IMG/VR virus record: IMGVR_UViG_3300029904_000008
Length of the DNA stretch: 64,000 nt
Source: an uncultured virus (IMG/VR IMGVR_UViG_3300029904_000008)
Lineage: Duplodnaviria > Heunggongvirae > Uroviricota > Caudoviricetes
Reading direction: 5' to 3' (one strand)
This document shows positions 1-7,932 of the stretch, piece after piece (within the stretch, counting starts at the first letter, position 1; each line of letters opens with the position of its first letter). A program made the position numbers and the translations under genes. The notes under the pieces were generated by a model. The model was not told the origin of the DNA. It saw only the letters and a program-made list of their open reading frames with translations, and did no database searches.

Positions 1-83
1 GCAATTATGGGTTCTAAATAGTCCGCATAGTCATGAGGAGAATCATAATCGATTTGGAATAGGATAAATAGGTACTTTTTCAT
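1..83 (-). CDS. Hypothetical protein, 5' part only (runs off the window edge)
   Basis: ATG at 83-81 overlaps the stop of the 80..304 ORF (ATGA). The frame MKKYLFILFQIDYDSPHDYADYLEPII stays open to base 1. Confidence 0.5.
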   Translation of the reverse strand, partial: MKKYLFILFQIDYDSPHDYADYLEPII

Positions 84-304
84 CGTTCTGGTTCTGTTAA
101 TTGGATTAAACGGTGTATATATTCGTAATCATGGTTTAAGCCTAAGTCTTGTACAGCAAGTACGTAGTCGGCATAATGTAAATCGTCTCTTTCTTTGAGA
201 GATTTTAGTTGTGCCAAAGTATTATCGAATTTTTGTTTGGCATCATCCGCATTCATAAGTATTGCTTGTGAAGCAAACTCCTGTAATAATTCATCGTATA
301 ACAT
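80..304 (-). CDS. Hypothetical early protein
   Basis: 74-aa ORF tightly packed with its neighbours. Confidence 0.55.
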   Translation of the reverse strand: MLYDELLQEFASQAILMNADDAKQKFDNTLAQLKSLKERDDLHYADYVLAVQDLGLNHDYEYIHRLIQLTEPER

Positions 305-512
305 AGTTATGATTGTTTATATCGTTTTCGTATTCTGTTGAGCCATAATAGCAATCCAAGAAGTAGTTTTCTTGTTCTAGAGTTGCTTTATGTGGATTTA
401 TATTGTATTTGTTGCAATAAGTAATCCAGGCACTGGTACATGTGCATTTTTTAGTTGTGGCACATCCGGATAGTAATACTATGAAGGCCAATGTTGTGAA
501 TATTGTTTTCAT
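291..512 (-). CDS. Small lipoprotein
   Basis: MKT, then a hydrophobic core and lipobox LSGC. Conserved leader ATTAACACTTTAAACA lies upstream (537-522). Confidence 0.7.
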   Translation of the reverse strand: MKTIFTTLAFIVLLSGCATTKKCTCTSAWITYCNKYNINPHKATLEQENYFLDCYYGSTEYENDINNHNYVIR

Positions 513-540
513 TGTTTTAAATGTTTAAAGTGTTAATCTT

Positions 541-613
541 AAAAGGAAGCAGCCCATTTTTGGTAAAAAGCTGTTAGTCTTGATAATGTTAATTAACTCT
601 GTTGGGCTGCTCC
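541..613 (-). terminator. Probable intrinsic terminator with an unusually large loop
   Basis: AGCAGCCCA (548-556) pairs with TGGGCTGCT (603-611), followed by a T-tract on the minus strand. Confidence 0.5.
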
Positions 614-642
614 CTATTGTTTTTGTTACATAGGCATATTAT

Positions 643-1200
643 TTATAGGTTTGAAATTTCGAGGTATTGAATATTGATTGAGTGATTTTCGAAATCGATG
701 TTATCCAGATATTTCTGGTAGAGATCGTCCATATCGTGAAGCTCATCGTTTTCGAAGTAATTATCGAATATTTGTTTTAACTGGGTATATAATGTATCTA
801 GTCCCTTATTTAAGGTATCTTCTGATTCGTATTCCCAGTAGTTAAAGTTAAGCATCATTGATATATCCAGTTGAGAAAGCATATAAAGTATTGCTTCGAG
901 TTGTGCAGGATTATAATCAAAGTATTGATCGTCCCCACCGGATGTTAAATCCAGTGTATCAAGTAACTGTTTGAGATAACCGGTGAAGTCCTGCAAGGTA
1001 TTAAAGGTGTAGAAATACCAGTGATCCTGATTTGCATCCGTTATGCCATATTCGGTGCATATTGCATTGGTTGGAGTTGGTATTTCTCCCATGTAATCCA
1101 CGAGGTGAGGGATGTAGTGGTGGCGCATTGCATTTAATATGACATTAAATTCACTTGCTTTAATTGATTTTTCCATACTTATAAAATTTAGATTAAACAT
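643..1200 (-). CDS. Hypothetical acidic early protein (start probably 1176, MEKSIK)
   Basis: 185-aa ORF directly downstream of the promoter at 1221-1252. Confidence 0.65.
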   Translation of the reverse strand: MFNLNFISMEKSIKASEFNVILNAMRHHYIPHLVDYMGEIPTPTNAICTEYGITDANQDHWYFYTFNTLQDFTGYLKQLLDTLDLTSGGDDQYFDYNPAQLEAILYMLSQLDISMMLNFNYWEYESEDTLNKGLDTLYTQLKQIFDNYFENDELHDMDDLYQKYLDNIDFENHSINIQYLEISNL

Positions 1201-1220
1201 AAAAATAAATTATCATAGTG

Positions 1221-1252
1221 CAAAATTACACATAAATATAATAAGGTGCAAA
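1221..1252 (-). promoter_or_regulatory. Bacteroidota primary-sigma promoter (-33/-7)
   Basis: Minus strand reads TTTG-N20-TAATTTTG. Confidence 0.75.
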
Positions 1253-1285
1253 TATTTTTACAATAAATGCACCTTTTAGGCTGGT

Positions 1286-1504
1286 TTAGTATTGGTGTAC
1301 CCCATGTTTTACGAGGTATAGCAATCTTCGTAAATCGAATTGTCTTGGTTCCTCGGCATTTTTGGTATCATCTATTAGACTCATGTCAGTAATAGAGGCT
1401 TTCCATTGTTTTCCTATTTTTGGGGAAGTATAGGTAACTTCATATCTTCCGTACCCTGTTAGTTTAAATCGGAAGTCATTTATGGATAATTTTTGGTAAG
1501 CCAT
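1286..1504 (-). CDS. Hypothetical protein (start revised to MAYQKL)
   Basis: The upstream part of the track ORF (to 1627) contains a GC hairpin and an AT-rich leader. Confidence 0.6.
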   Translation of the reverse strand: MAYQKLSINDFRFKLTGYGRYEVTYTSPKIGKQWKASITDMSLIDDTKNAEEPRQFDLRRLLYLVKHGVHQY

Positions 1505-1562
1505 AATCGTAATATTTAGAATGTTCCTATTAATATGAGTGAAATGTAAGCTATTATAAGTA

Positions 1563-1586
1563 GGGAGGCTACTGTAACCACCTCCC
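1563..1586 (-). terminator. Possible terminator hairpin
   Basis: GGGAGG/CCTCCC stem downstream of ORF 1614..1952; the U-tract is weak. Confidence 0.4.
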
Positions 1587-1613
1587 ATATTGTTTCTTTT
1601 GTTTCGGGTTTCA

Positions 1614-1952
1614 TTAGTCAAAGGCAATTAAGATGTGAAATTTGTAACCGTTGGGTGATTTGATTTGGCAATCAGTTTGTATTAACTGTGCCCAAGTATC
1701 ATCATCGTTTTCCCAGTATAGTATCTCATCATCGGTTTGCATTACCAAGAAGGCATAGTTTTGTTTGGGTTGTTTTTGGATATGTTGCAACAGTGATGAG
1801 AGTGACTCAGAAGAATTATTAAAGTACCGTTTGATACAGTCAAGGGAATAACCTGAAAAGTTAGCTAAGTGACTGAGTAGTCGAAGTGCGGTGGGGTTAT
1901 TTGCATTTTGCAAATTATTCACGCCGTTTAATTTGGTTTTAATTGCATCCAT
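1614..1952 (-). CDS. Hypothetical early protein
   Basis: 112-aa ORF directly downstream of the promoter at 1988-2019. Confidence 0.6.
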   Translation of the reverse strand: MDAIKTKLNGVNNLQNANNPTALRLLSHLANFSGYSLDCIKRYFNNSSESLSSLLQHIQKQPKQNYAFLVMQTDDEILYWENDDDTWAQLIQTDCQIKSPNGYKFHILIAFD

Positions 1953-1987
1953 ACATAAATAAAATTAAATTAGAATTAAACATGCTA

Positions 1988-2019
1988 CAAAATTAAACAA
2001 TAAAATAAATATATGCAAT
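1988..2019 (-). promoter_or_regulatory. Bacteroidota primary-sigma promoter
   Basis: ATTG-N20-TAATTTTG. Confidence 0.7.
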
Positions 2020-2048
2020 ATTTTATATTATTTATTGCACTATTTAGG
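1998..2048. repeat. 51-bp exact direct repeat, copy 1 (copy 2 at 3337-3387)
   Basis: caataaaataaatatatgcaatattttatattatttattgcactatttagg is identical at both sites and contains the inverted repeat TGCAATA-N12-TATTGCA. Confidence 0.9.
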
Positions 2049-2435
2049 TTCGTCCTGGTCCTCTGGTGTTAATAGGTTTGGATACTTTTCGATACTCAGT
2101 ATGCCGTTAGATTGGTTATATAGGATTACCAATAGAGGTTCATCCCTATAATTGAAGTAGGTCTCAATATATAAGTATCCGTTCCATTGATTTATGCTCA
2201 GGTTTACTAAGTCCTTTATGGATAACTTATGTGCATCAGCTGCAGCAGTATAAAAAGTATCCTTGACTATACTGGAGATAAGTAGGAGATTACCAGTAGT
2301 TAAGTCTGGTATTCGGCATTGAATATGTGAATATGTTCCTTCGGGTACATGATGTATGTAATCAACTTTCCAGGATCCAATGTTAAAGCCAGCCTTGATT
2401 AGGTTGTTCTTTAATTTTGTATGTATATATGCCAT
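2040..2435 (-). CDS. Hypothetical protein
   Basis: 131-aa ORF preceded by the leader motif TAACACTTTAAA. Confidence 0.6.
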   Translation of the reverse strand: MAYIHTKLKNNLIKAGFNIGSWKVDYIHHVPEGTYSHIQCRIPDLTTGNLLLISSIVKDTFYTAAADAHKLSIKDLVNLSINQWNGYLYIETYFNYRDEPLLVILYNQSNGILSIEKYPNLLTPEDQDEPK

Positions 2436-2438
2436 AGT

Positions 2439-2735
2439 TTAAAGTGTTATGATGTTAATATTAAAAGTATTCTTTTCGAATGTATCTAGTTCTATTGTAT
2501 AAGTTCGAGGTATTCGAAAAGTCCCATTTGGGTTTCTCATACTGTCCCTCTTATGTTTTAGGACTTTGTCGAGAGTTGCCGTAGGCAAAGGGTAAGGTTT
2601 ATCATTATTAAATTTAGGCATTCTAGTATATATTCTGAGTCGTGCCTTGGAATAATCACTAGAATTATCTTCGATGTATTCTTTGATAGCCTTTAACCAG
2701 GGTATGGGCAAAGTATTTATTGTTTTCATTGGCAT
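2439..2735 (-). CDS. Hypothetical protein
   Basis: 98-aa ORF in a packed operon. Confidence 0.55.
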   Translation of the reverse strand: MPMKTINTLPIPWLKAIKEYIEDNSSDYSKARLRIYTRMPKFNNDKPYPLPTATLDKVLKHKRDSMRNPNGTFRIPRTYTIELDTFEKNTFNINIITL

Positions 2736-2742
2736 AATAATT

Positions 2743-2767
2743 AAAGGAGGGATTTTTAGATCCCTCC
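2743..2767 (-). terminator. Intrinsic terminator
   Basis: GGAGGGAT/ATCCCTCC stem followed by TTT on the minus strand. Confidence 0.6.
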
Positions 2768-2777
2768 CTGTTAGTGA

Positions 2778-3188
2778 TTAATATTGTCCTGATAAGTAAA
2801 GTGTTAATATTAGTGATGAATCTGCAGCATCTAGTGTTAATCGGTCTCTGTCGATTGATACCCAAGAGCAATGGTCTGCGGATGTGGGAGTAACTAACTT
2901 AGTTTCCCGTTCCAGAGTATCTAAGAAATCATTGATATAAGATATTGCAGTATCCCGAGCATCATCCATAGCCTGATAGTAATCACTTTCGTTAATTAGA
3001 GTGATAGGAAATGCAGGTTTGAATGAGAATCCCAATATTATAAAGTGAGTTTCACCTTCGTATTCCTGATGGATATACTGAGTAGTGTGTTGAATAAGCA
3101 TTTTGCCGTATTCATTGTTAAGAGAAAGGAGAGTTTCCTCGATTTTGGATTTGATTTCGATTAAATCCAGGTCAGCTAATTGTTTCAT
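2778..3188 (-). CDS. Hypothetical protein
   Basis: 136-aa ORF with leader ATTAACACTTTAAACA at 3214-3199. Confidence 0.65.
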   Translation of the reverse strand: MKQLADLDLIEIKSKIEETLLSLNNEYGKMLIQHTTQYIHQEYEGETHFIILGFSFKPAFPITLINESDYYQAMDDARDTAISYINDFLDTLERETKLVTPTSADHCSWVSIDRDRLTLDAADSSLILTLYLSGQY

Positions 3189-3326
3189 TGTTGTGATGTG
3201 TTTAAAGTGTTAATAATGAAGTTCGTTGTAGCGAGGTGGTGCATTGCATATTGCATAATACACCCGTAATTAATTAGTAATATTCCATAAGTTGTAAAAT
3301 TAAATTGTAAATTATAAATCATGGTG

Positions 3327-3358
3327 CAAAATTAATCAATAAAATAAATATATGCAAT
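3327..3358 (-). promoter_or_regulatory. Bacteroidota primary-sigma promoter
   Basis: ATTG-N20-TAATTTTG. Confidence 0.7.
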
Positions 3359-3387
3359 ATTTTATATTATTTATTGCACTATTTAGG
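3337..3387. repeat. 51-bp exact direct repeat, copy 2
   Basis: Identical to 1998-2048. Confidence 0.9.
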
Positions 3388-3422
3388 CTGGAGGAAGTGA
3401 GAGGTATTCTAAGTTCGAACAT

Positions 3423-3454
3423 AAAAAATGCCCGGTCCTCTCGGATGGGGCATT
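3423..3454 (-). terminator. Intrinsic terminator
   Basis: AATGCCC/GGGCATT stem followed by a T-run on the minus strand. Confidence 0.7.
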
Positions 3455-3605
3455 AGAAAAATTGCTTAATTAGTGAGTAAAAACAAATACAAGTTTCGCA
3501 TCAACGTATGATTCTTTAGACATGTTAAACTAAGTCATCCCGTTAATCTTTTTACCTTGTCTTTTAAGCATTACACAAATTAACACTTTAAACAAGTTAA
3601 TATAG
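3455..3605 (-). ncRNA. Candidate 3'-UTR-derived antisense sRNA
   Basis: About 150 non-coding nt between the HTH gene stop and a terminator, carrying a 16-nt perfect complement of the early-gene leader motif. Confidence 0.35.
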
Positions 3606-3959
3606 TTAGAAAGCAATAAGTTCCTCTTTAGGAACATTTAATACTTCTGAAAGATACAGGATAGCTCCATAGGAGGGTTGCCTTAAATTATTCTTCCAAG
3701 TTTGGATAGTGAATTTAGAATACCCAGTAATATTAGCTAGAATATCTTCATTAACACCTTTTTGGTGCATTATGATCTTTAGCCTGTTACCATGTATTAC
3801 TCGATGATTTATTAATTTAGATAAGTAAGCATATGCCTGTGATTTCTTGGTATATCTTCTAACAACTTCATCTTGATGAGTATTCTCATTGGTAGCCATT
3901 ATAGCCCAGTGAGCTTCTTTTTCTTCTACTCTAAAATTAGTATATTCTATTTTATCCAT
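3606..3959 (-). CDS. XRE/Cro-family HTH DNA-binding protein (start revised to MDKIEY)
   Basis: The C-terminus RLKIIMHQKGVNEDILANITGYSKFTIQTWKNNLRQPS...LSEVLNVP fits HTH_3. The track start lies inside the promoter. Confidence 0.8.
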   Translation of the reverse strand: MDKIEYTNFRVEEKEAHWAIMATNENTHQDEVVRRYTKKSQAYAYLSKLINHRVIHGNRLKIIMHQKGVNEDILANITGYSKFTIQTWKNNLRQPSYGAILYLSEVLNVPKEELIAF

Positions 3960-3974
3960 ACTTTTTATTTTTTG

Positions 3975-4005
3975 CAAAATTAGTAATAATATTTTAATCT
4001 GCAAA
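3975..4005 (-). promoter_or_regulatory. Bacteroidota primary-sigma promoter
   Basis: TTTG-N19-TAATTTTG. Confidence 0.7.
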
Positions 4006-4009
4006 CATT

Positions 4010-4432
4010 TTAATCATTTTCGGAGGCCATAATGGTATCATAGTTAGCGATAGTAAGTTTGTTAATCCTTACTTTAAGATCCATACCTCCTTTGGGATTT
4101 TTAAGAAAAACGATGCTAACCAATAAATGATCCAGAGGTAATATGAACTGTATTAGTTGTCCCGGGATCATAAATAGGAATTGAGGAGCTATATCATCAT
4201 GTGTAAAAACTTCAATTAATCTTTGGTGTCTTACCTGTTGCTCCTGTAAGCCATTCAAAGCAATTATAGGTCCCACCAAAGCATTTTTTAATTTAATGTT
4301 CATGGCTTCTTTAAGCCATTCATTATGTTCCATTTCCTCATTAGTTACTGAGGATAAAAGGATAAGCTGTTTATTCTCCATATTGTTTACAGTTTTTAAT
4401 TGAGCATTTACGATCATTCTTAGAACATACAA
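4010..4432 (-). CDS. Hypothetical protein (start probably 4381, MENKQL)
   Basis: 140-aa ORF. Confidence 0.55.
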   Translation of the reverse strand: MYVLRMIVNAQLKTVNNMENKQLILLSSVTNEEMEHNEWLKEAMNIKLKNALVGPIIALNGLQEQQVRHQRLIEVFTHDDIAPQFLFMIPGQLIQFILPLDHLLVSIVFLKNPKGGMDLKVRINKLTIANYDTIMASEND

Positions 4433-4540
4433 ATACTCTTAAAGTATATCCATTTACTATACAAGGAAGTAATTTCTTATAAATACACTTAGGTTGAGTC
4501 TCTTTATAGAAAGTATCTACCTCTTCTGATTTATACCTCT

Positions 4541-5446
4541 TTACCATTTTATATCCTCCGTTAAAAAGGTTCCACTTATAGATTTGGGAGTAGGATCAGT
4601 ATCTATCTCCTCTATGTATTGATCCAATTCAGGATCTTCAGATTCTGGATCTATGTTCTCTTCTATTTCTCTTCGCATTTCATGATGTAATTTAGGTGAT
4701 TCTATCAAAGTTTCTTTATATGAATCAGTGATAGCATTTAATTCATTGTTATTTAATTTGGATCCATCCGTAGCTTTTAAACCTTGAGCATAAGCTACTA
4801 CTTCTGGTAACGACTTAATGTCATATTTAGTTTCTAGAACTTTAGCTTCATCGGTAGTATTTTCAGCTTGCTTATTTTCAATCAGTTCTCTAGCTTCATC
4901 AAAGGTTATATACTGCTGTTGCTGTACAGTATTGCCCGAATTGATTATCTGATTGAATATATTAGTACTTCCTCCTCCAGACATATTGCGAACAATATTC
5001 TGTATCGAAGAAGATGAATCTAATCGTAGTTTGAGAGCCTTATTCAATTCTGCAGTTAGATAAGGTACATACTTATTTCCCTGGGCCTCTTGGAGAATCT
5101 GTACTTGGCTAGCAATATCCATACGATCTTCCATAGCCCATACCAATTGTTCTCCAAGTAATCCCATAAGTATTTTCTCCTGTTGCTCCTTATCCCATAC
5201 CCGAGAATTGAGCACCTTGTCCCTCATATATACTTTGATGGTTTCAGAATCTACTCCCAGGTAATTAGCTAGTTGAGCAATAGAATAATGTATTCCACAG
5301 ATCATACCATTTCCCATAGACCATTGTCCCAGGAGATAGTTTCTAACCTTTTCCAGGATGGATTGATCTCCAGATTGATGATATTGAATCATCATTGAAG
5401 TAGTTCCCAAGGGTCTTGGGTATCTTTTTACATTTGTAGTTTTCAT
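4541..5446 (-). CDS. HTH-containing protein with acidic tail (possibly small-terminase-like)
   Basis: YSIAQLANYLGVDSETIKVYM helix-turn-helix, a helical middle region and an acidic C-terminus. The function is a guess. Confidence 0.5.
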   Translation of the reverse strand: MKTTNVKRYPRPLGTTSMMIQYHQSGDQSILEKVRNYLLGQWSMGNGMICGIHYSIAQLANYLGVDSETIKVYMRDKVLNSRVWDKEQQEKILMGLLGEQLVWAMEDRMDIASQVQILQEAQGNKYVPYLTAELNKALKLRLDSSSSIQNIVRNMSGGGSTNIFNQIINSGNTVQQQQYITFDEARELIENKQAENTTDEAKVLETKYDIKSLPEVVAYAQGLKATDGSKLNNNELNAITDSYKETLIESPKLHHEMRREIEENIDPESEDPELDQYIEEIDTDPTPKSISGTFLTEDIKW

Positions 5447-5741
5447 AAGCTTTTCTAATATCTATTTCGGGAATATAATCTTCTTTTAGCATAGAAACTC
5501 TTAGATAGTATTTATTATATGCCTGTCCCAACCCAAAGATAGCATTATATTTAGTATCTGTTCTCCTTATAAGAGTAAATAGATTATCGCTTATTAAATC
5601 CCTGGTAAATATGGGATGTTCATTTTCTTCGAACATGGGAAAAGGATCCCCAAAATGGAGATCCTTATATTTGAGGATCCTAAAAATATTTCCGTGTAAA
5701 TCTAGGATCCGAGAGCCAATTTTTAATTTAGTCTCGCACAT
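5343..5741 (-). CDS. Hypothetical protein
   Basis: 132-aa ORF overlapping the next gene's start. Confidence 0.5.
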   Translation of the reverse strand: MCETKLKIGSRILDLHGNIFRILKYKDLHFGDPFPMFEENEHPIFTRDLISDNLFTLIRRTDTKYNAIFGLGQAYNKYYLRVSMLKEDYIPEIDIRKAYENYKCKKIPKTLGNYFNDDSISSIWRSIHPGKG

Positions 5742-5760
5742 AGGGTGAAATTAGGATTAT

Positions 5761-6147
5761 TTATATCCTTATAGGTTTCGGGATTACCTGGAAAAGGAAT
5801 TTCCCATTATTCCGGGTCCATAATGAGGATGGTGAAATAAAATCCTCTAAGGGTTTTCCCTCTGGGATCCTCATAATAATTAATTTATGGGGTTCATCTG
5901 AGTAATGGTGAAAAGATTCTAAGGCAAAGATATTATTCTCCATCCTTCCACTTAGGATATAACCATACATAGGTTTTATGGATACTCCTATGGAATATTT
6001 ATTGATTATTTCCTTGTTTATTGCCATATATACCTTAGTTAATTCCTCAAAGGTAAATTTCCCATTTAGGATATGTCCCTCATAGGCAATATTTAAGGGA
6101 CATTCCATAAGTTTCAGGGATTCAAGGATTTGATGGGTTGTACTCAT
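5761..6147 (-). CDS. Hypothetical protein
   Basis: 128-aa ORF. Confidence 0.55.
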   Translation of the reverse strand: MSTTHQILESLKLMECPLNIAYEGHILNGKFTFEELTKVYMAINKEIINKYSIGVSIKPMYGYILSGRMENNIFALESFHHYSDEPHKLIIMRIPEGKPLEDFISPSSLWTRNNGKFLFQVIPKPIRI

Positions 6148-6337
6148 AGTTAATGAAGTGTGTAAAGCCAGACTTTTGTTCGGTTTTAGTAATGGATCCT
6201 GTAGCGATTATTCGGATATTTGGGTTTTGCGATAACCGAGCCAATCTTTGCTTGTACTGGTATTTTCCTCGGCATAGGATCTGATTTTGGTTTAACTTTT
6301 TTGGGTTTGTAAAAACCTTTTCGGATTTTGGTTCCAT
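6122..6337 (-). CDS. Hypothetical protein
   Basis: 71-aa ORF bridging two genes; overlaps the upstream ORF by 152 nt. Confidence 0.4.
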   Translation of the reverse strand: MEPKSEKVFTNPKKLNQNQILCRGKYQYKQRLARLSQNPNIRIIATGSITKTEQKSGFTHFINYEYNPSNP

Positions 6338-6605
6338 GTTCTTGTAAGTATTTATTTATATTATGAGTTTTATCTAATACTATTATGGTAACTAGAATTC
6401 TTACAGGCAAAAAGAAATACTGATTGATATTGCCTGCGGTAATTACTAGGTCGTATAACCTGAAAAATTTTTTACGGGTCTTTAATTTGAGATCCCGTTG
6501 AACAAGGTAAGTGGTGATTACCCTTTTATGTAATTCCACTAACTCTTTGTTCGATTTTAGAGTTTCCTTTTTGGAGAAAACTTTATAGGGTTTGTACTTA
6601 GGCAT
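6186..6605 (-). CDS. Basic hypothetical protein
   Basis: 139-aa ORF with a variant leader ATTACACTTTAAACAC. Confidence 0.6.
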   Translation of the reverse strand: MPKYKPYKVFSKKETLKSNKELVELHKRVITTYLVQRDLKLKTRKKFFRLYDLVITAGNINQYFFLPVRILVTIIVLDKTHNINKYLQEHGTKIRKGFYKPKKVKPKSDPMPRKIPVQAKIGSVIAKPKYPNNRYRIHY

Positions 6606-6630
6606 ATAACAAGGTGTTTAAAGTGTAATT

Positions 6631-6662
6631 AAAAAGGAAGAGGGTTAATTACTCCCTCTTCC
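6631..6662 (-). terminator. Intrinsic terminator
   Basis: GGAAGAGGG/CCCTCTTCC 9-bp stem plus T5. Confidence 0.75.
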
Positions 6663-6676
6663 CGGATAGGATTGAA

Positions 6677-7141
6677 TTATGCAATTTTAACACCTTGTTT
6701 TAATACCTGGGATTTGTAATCCTCTAAGGCTTTCTTTGCAGCCCGGGATTCTTTGGTATTTTCGTTTTGAATCCTGAGCCAAGCCCTTTCCAAGTCCTTA
6801 AGCTTGTTCCTTACTTGTTGCCTCCATTTTTTCCTGGCAAGGGTATCGGTTACATCATCTGGATAGATGTATTTAACTTCCCGATGAGCAACTACTCCTT
6901 CGATTAAGTTAGCCTTTTGCTGGGCTTCAACTTCCTTGGTTACCTTTGCCTTGGTGGTGTTTGGAGTTTCCTTGGATTTAACCTTTTTGGATTTTTCGGC
7001 TTTTGCCTTAGATGATTTGATTACCTTGGTTACCTTTGCAATGGTTGAGGTAACTTCCTTAGCCTTAGGTTCGGTGGCTTGGGTTTTTTCGTTTTTTACT
7101 ACTTTTGTAGTTTCAACTTTTTTTACTTCTTTTGCTTCCAT
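6677..7141 (-). CDS. Lys-rich, histone-H1-like nucleic-acid-binding protein
   Basis: K/T/A/V-rich N-terminus with repeated AKVTK. It has its own promoter and terminator. Confidence 0.65.
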   Translation of the reverse strand: MEAKEVKKVETTKVVKNEKTQATEPKAKEVTSTIAKVTKVIKSSKAKAEKSKKVKSKETPNTTKAKVTKEVEAQQKANLIEGVVAHREVKYIYPDDVTDTLARKKWRQQVRNKLKDLERAWLRIQNENTKESRAAKKALEDYKSQVLKQGVKIA

Positions 7142-7153
7142 AAATATAATATA

Positions 7154-7209
7154 TTAAAGTGTTAATTAAATTTTTTGCAAATATAAGTATAAAATTTTAT
7201 ACCTGCAAA
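7154..7209 (-). promoter_or_regulatory. Bacteroidota promoter plus conserved leader
   Basis: TTTG-N20-TATATTTG. The 32 bp at 7154-7185 are identical to 13289-13320. Confidence 0.8.
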
Positions 7210-7225
7210 TATTTTTACTAAAAAA

Positions 7226-7627
7226 TTACTTTTTAGCGTGGTTCTGGTTGATAGCTTTCTGAGCTAGGTGTTCTAGGAATATCCTTTTGTATGGGTAGCT
7301 GGGTTTTATCACTAATTCCTGGAACTTCTTTCCTACCGATTGAGCATTGGCAATTTCCTTAAAGTCCGTAATAGTTATTCCTAAGTATTTATAGGCATTC
7401 CCATTTTGGAATAGTACATATAACATCCGTGATTTACCGGTATGACCCAAGGCATATATTCGTGAAGAATCCGGGGTTCTTATAAAATCAATGGAGAGTA
7501 ATCTCTCCATTGACCTTGCTTTTAATTCTAAATCCGACATGTCGTTCTCTTTTCTCTTAGATATTCTACTTGTGAAAGGATATACTCGGGGTGGAATTTG
7601 GATTGGGCTTTTAATAAAATGTCCCAT
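7226..7627 (-). CDS. KTSC-domain protein (start probably 7540, MSDLEL)
   Basis: SSRIYALGH...LYVLFQNGNAYKYLGI...FKEIANAQSVGKKF matches the KTSC pattern. Confidence 0.8.
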   Translation of the reverse strand: MGHFIKSPIQIPPRVYPFTSRISKRKENDMSDLELKARSMERLLSIDFIRTPDSSRIYALGHTGKSRMLYVLFQNGNAYKYLGITITDFKEIANAQSVGKKFQELVIKPSYPYKRIFLEHLAQKAINQNHAKK

Positions 7628-7932
7628 GCTGCCATTACATCCCTTTGAGAGAATTCATTCATCCAAATATCCTCCATTCTGAAAAGTATGTGAATACAGA
7701 TTCCGATTTGGTATTCGGATAAAAGGTTTATCAATAAATCAGGGCATCTGGCTTGGGATATTTGGGTGTATATATCCTCCAGCTTAGCTATACCCATATT
7801 TATATCATTGTAAGAATTCTCGATGTATCTTATTATTAAGTTATCATCAAGTTCTTCTTTATGTGCTTGTATATTATGCAAGGCATCTAATTGTATCTCA
7901 GCAATTTTCCAAAGTATCTTATATCCTTTCAT
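7528..7932 (-). CDS. Hypothetical protein
   Basis: 134-aa ORF translationally coupled to the upstream gene. Confidence 0.6.
   Translation of the reverse strand: MKGYKILWKIAEIQLDALHNIQAHKEELDDNLIIRYIENSYNDINMGIAKLEDIYTQISQARCPDLLINLLSEYQIGICIHILFRMEDIWMNEFSQRDVMAAWDILLKAQSKFHPEYILSQVEYLREKRTTCRI

Noticed and set aside
2665..2871. 68-aa minus-strand ORF
   Set aside because: It spans a terminator and overlaps two better-supported genes.
3185..3260. Possible 23-codon leader peptide (MQYAMHHL...) overlapping the 3188 start
   Set aside because: It is too short to support without conservation data.
1201..3391. CRISPR array or attachment sites in the repeated blocks
   Set aside because: The repeats are separated by whole genes and match promoter consensus. 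No cas or integrase gene is visible.
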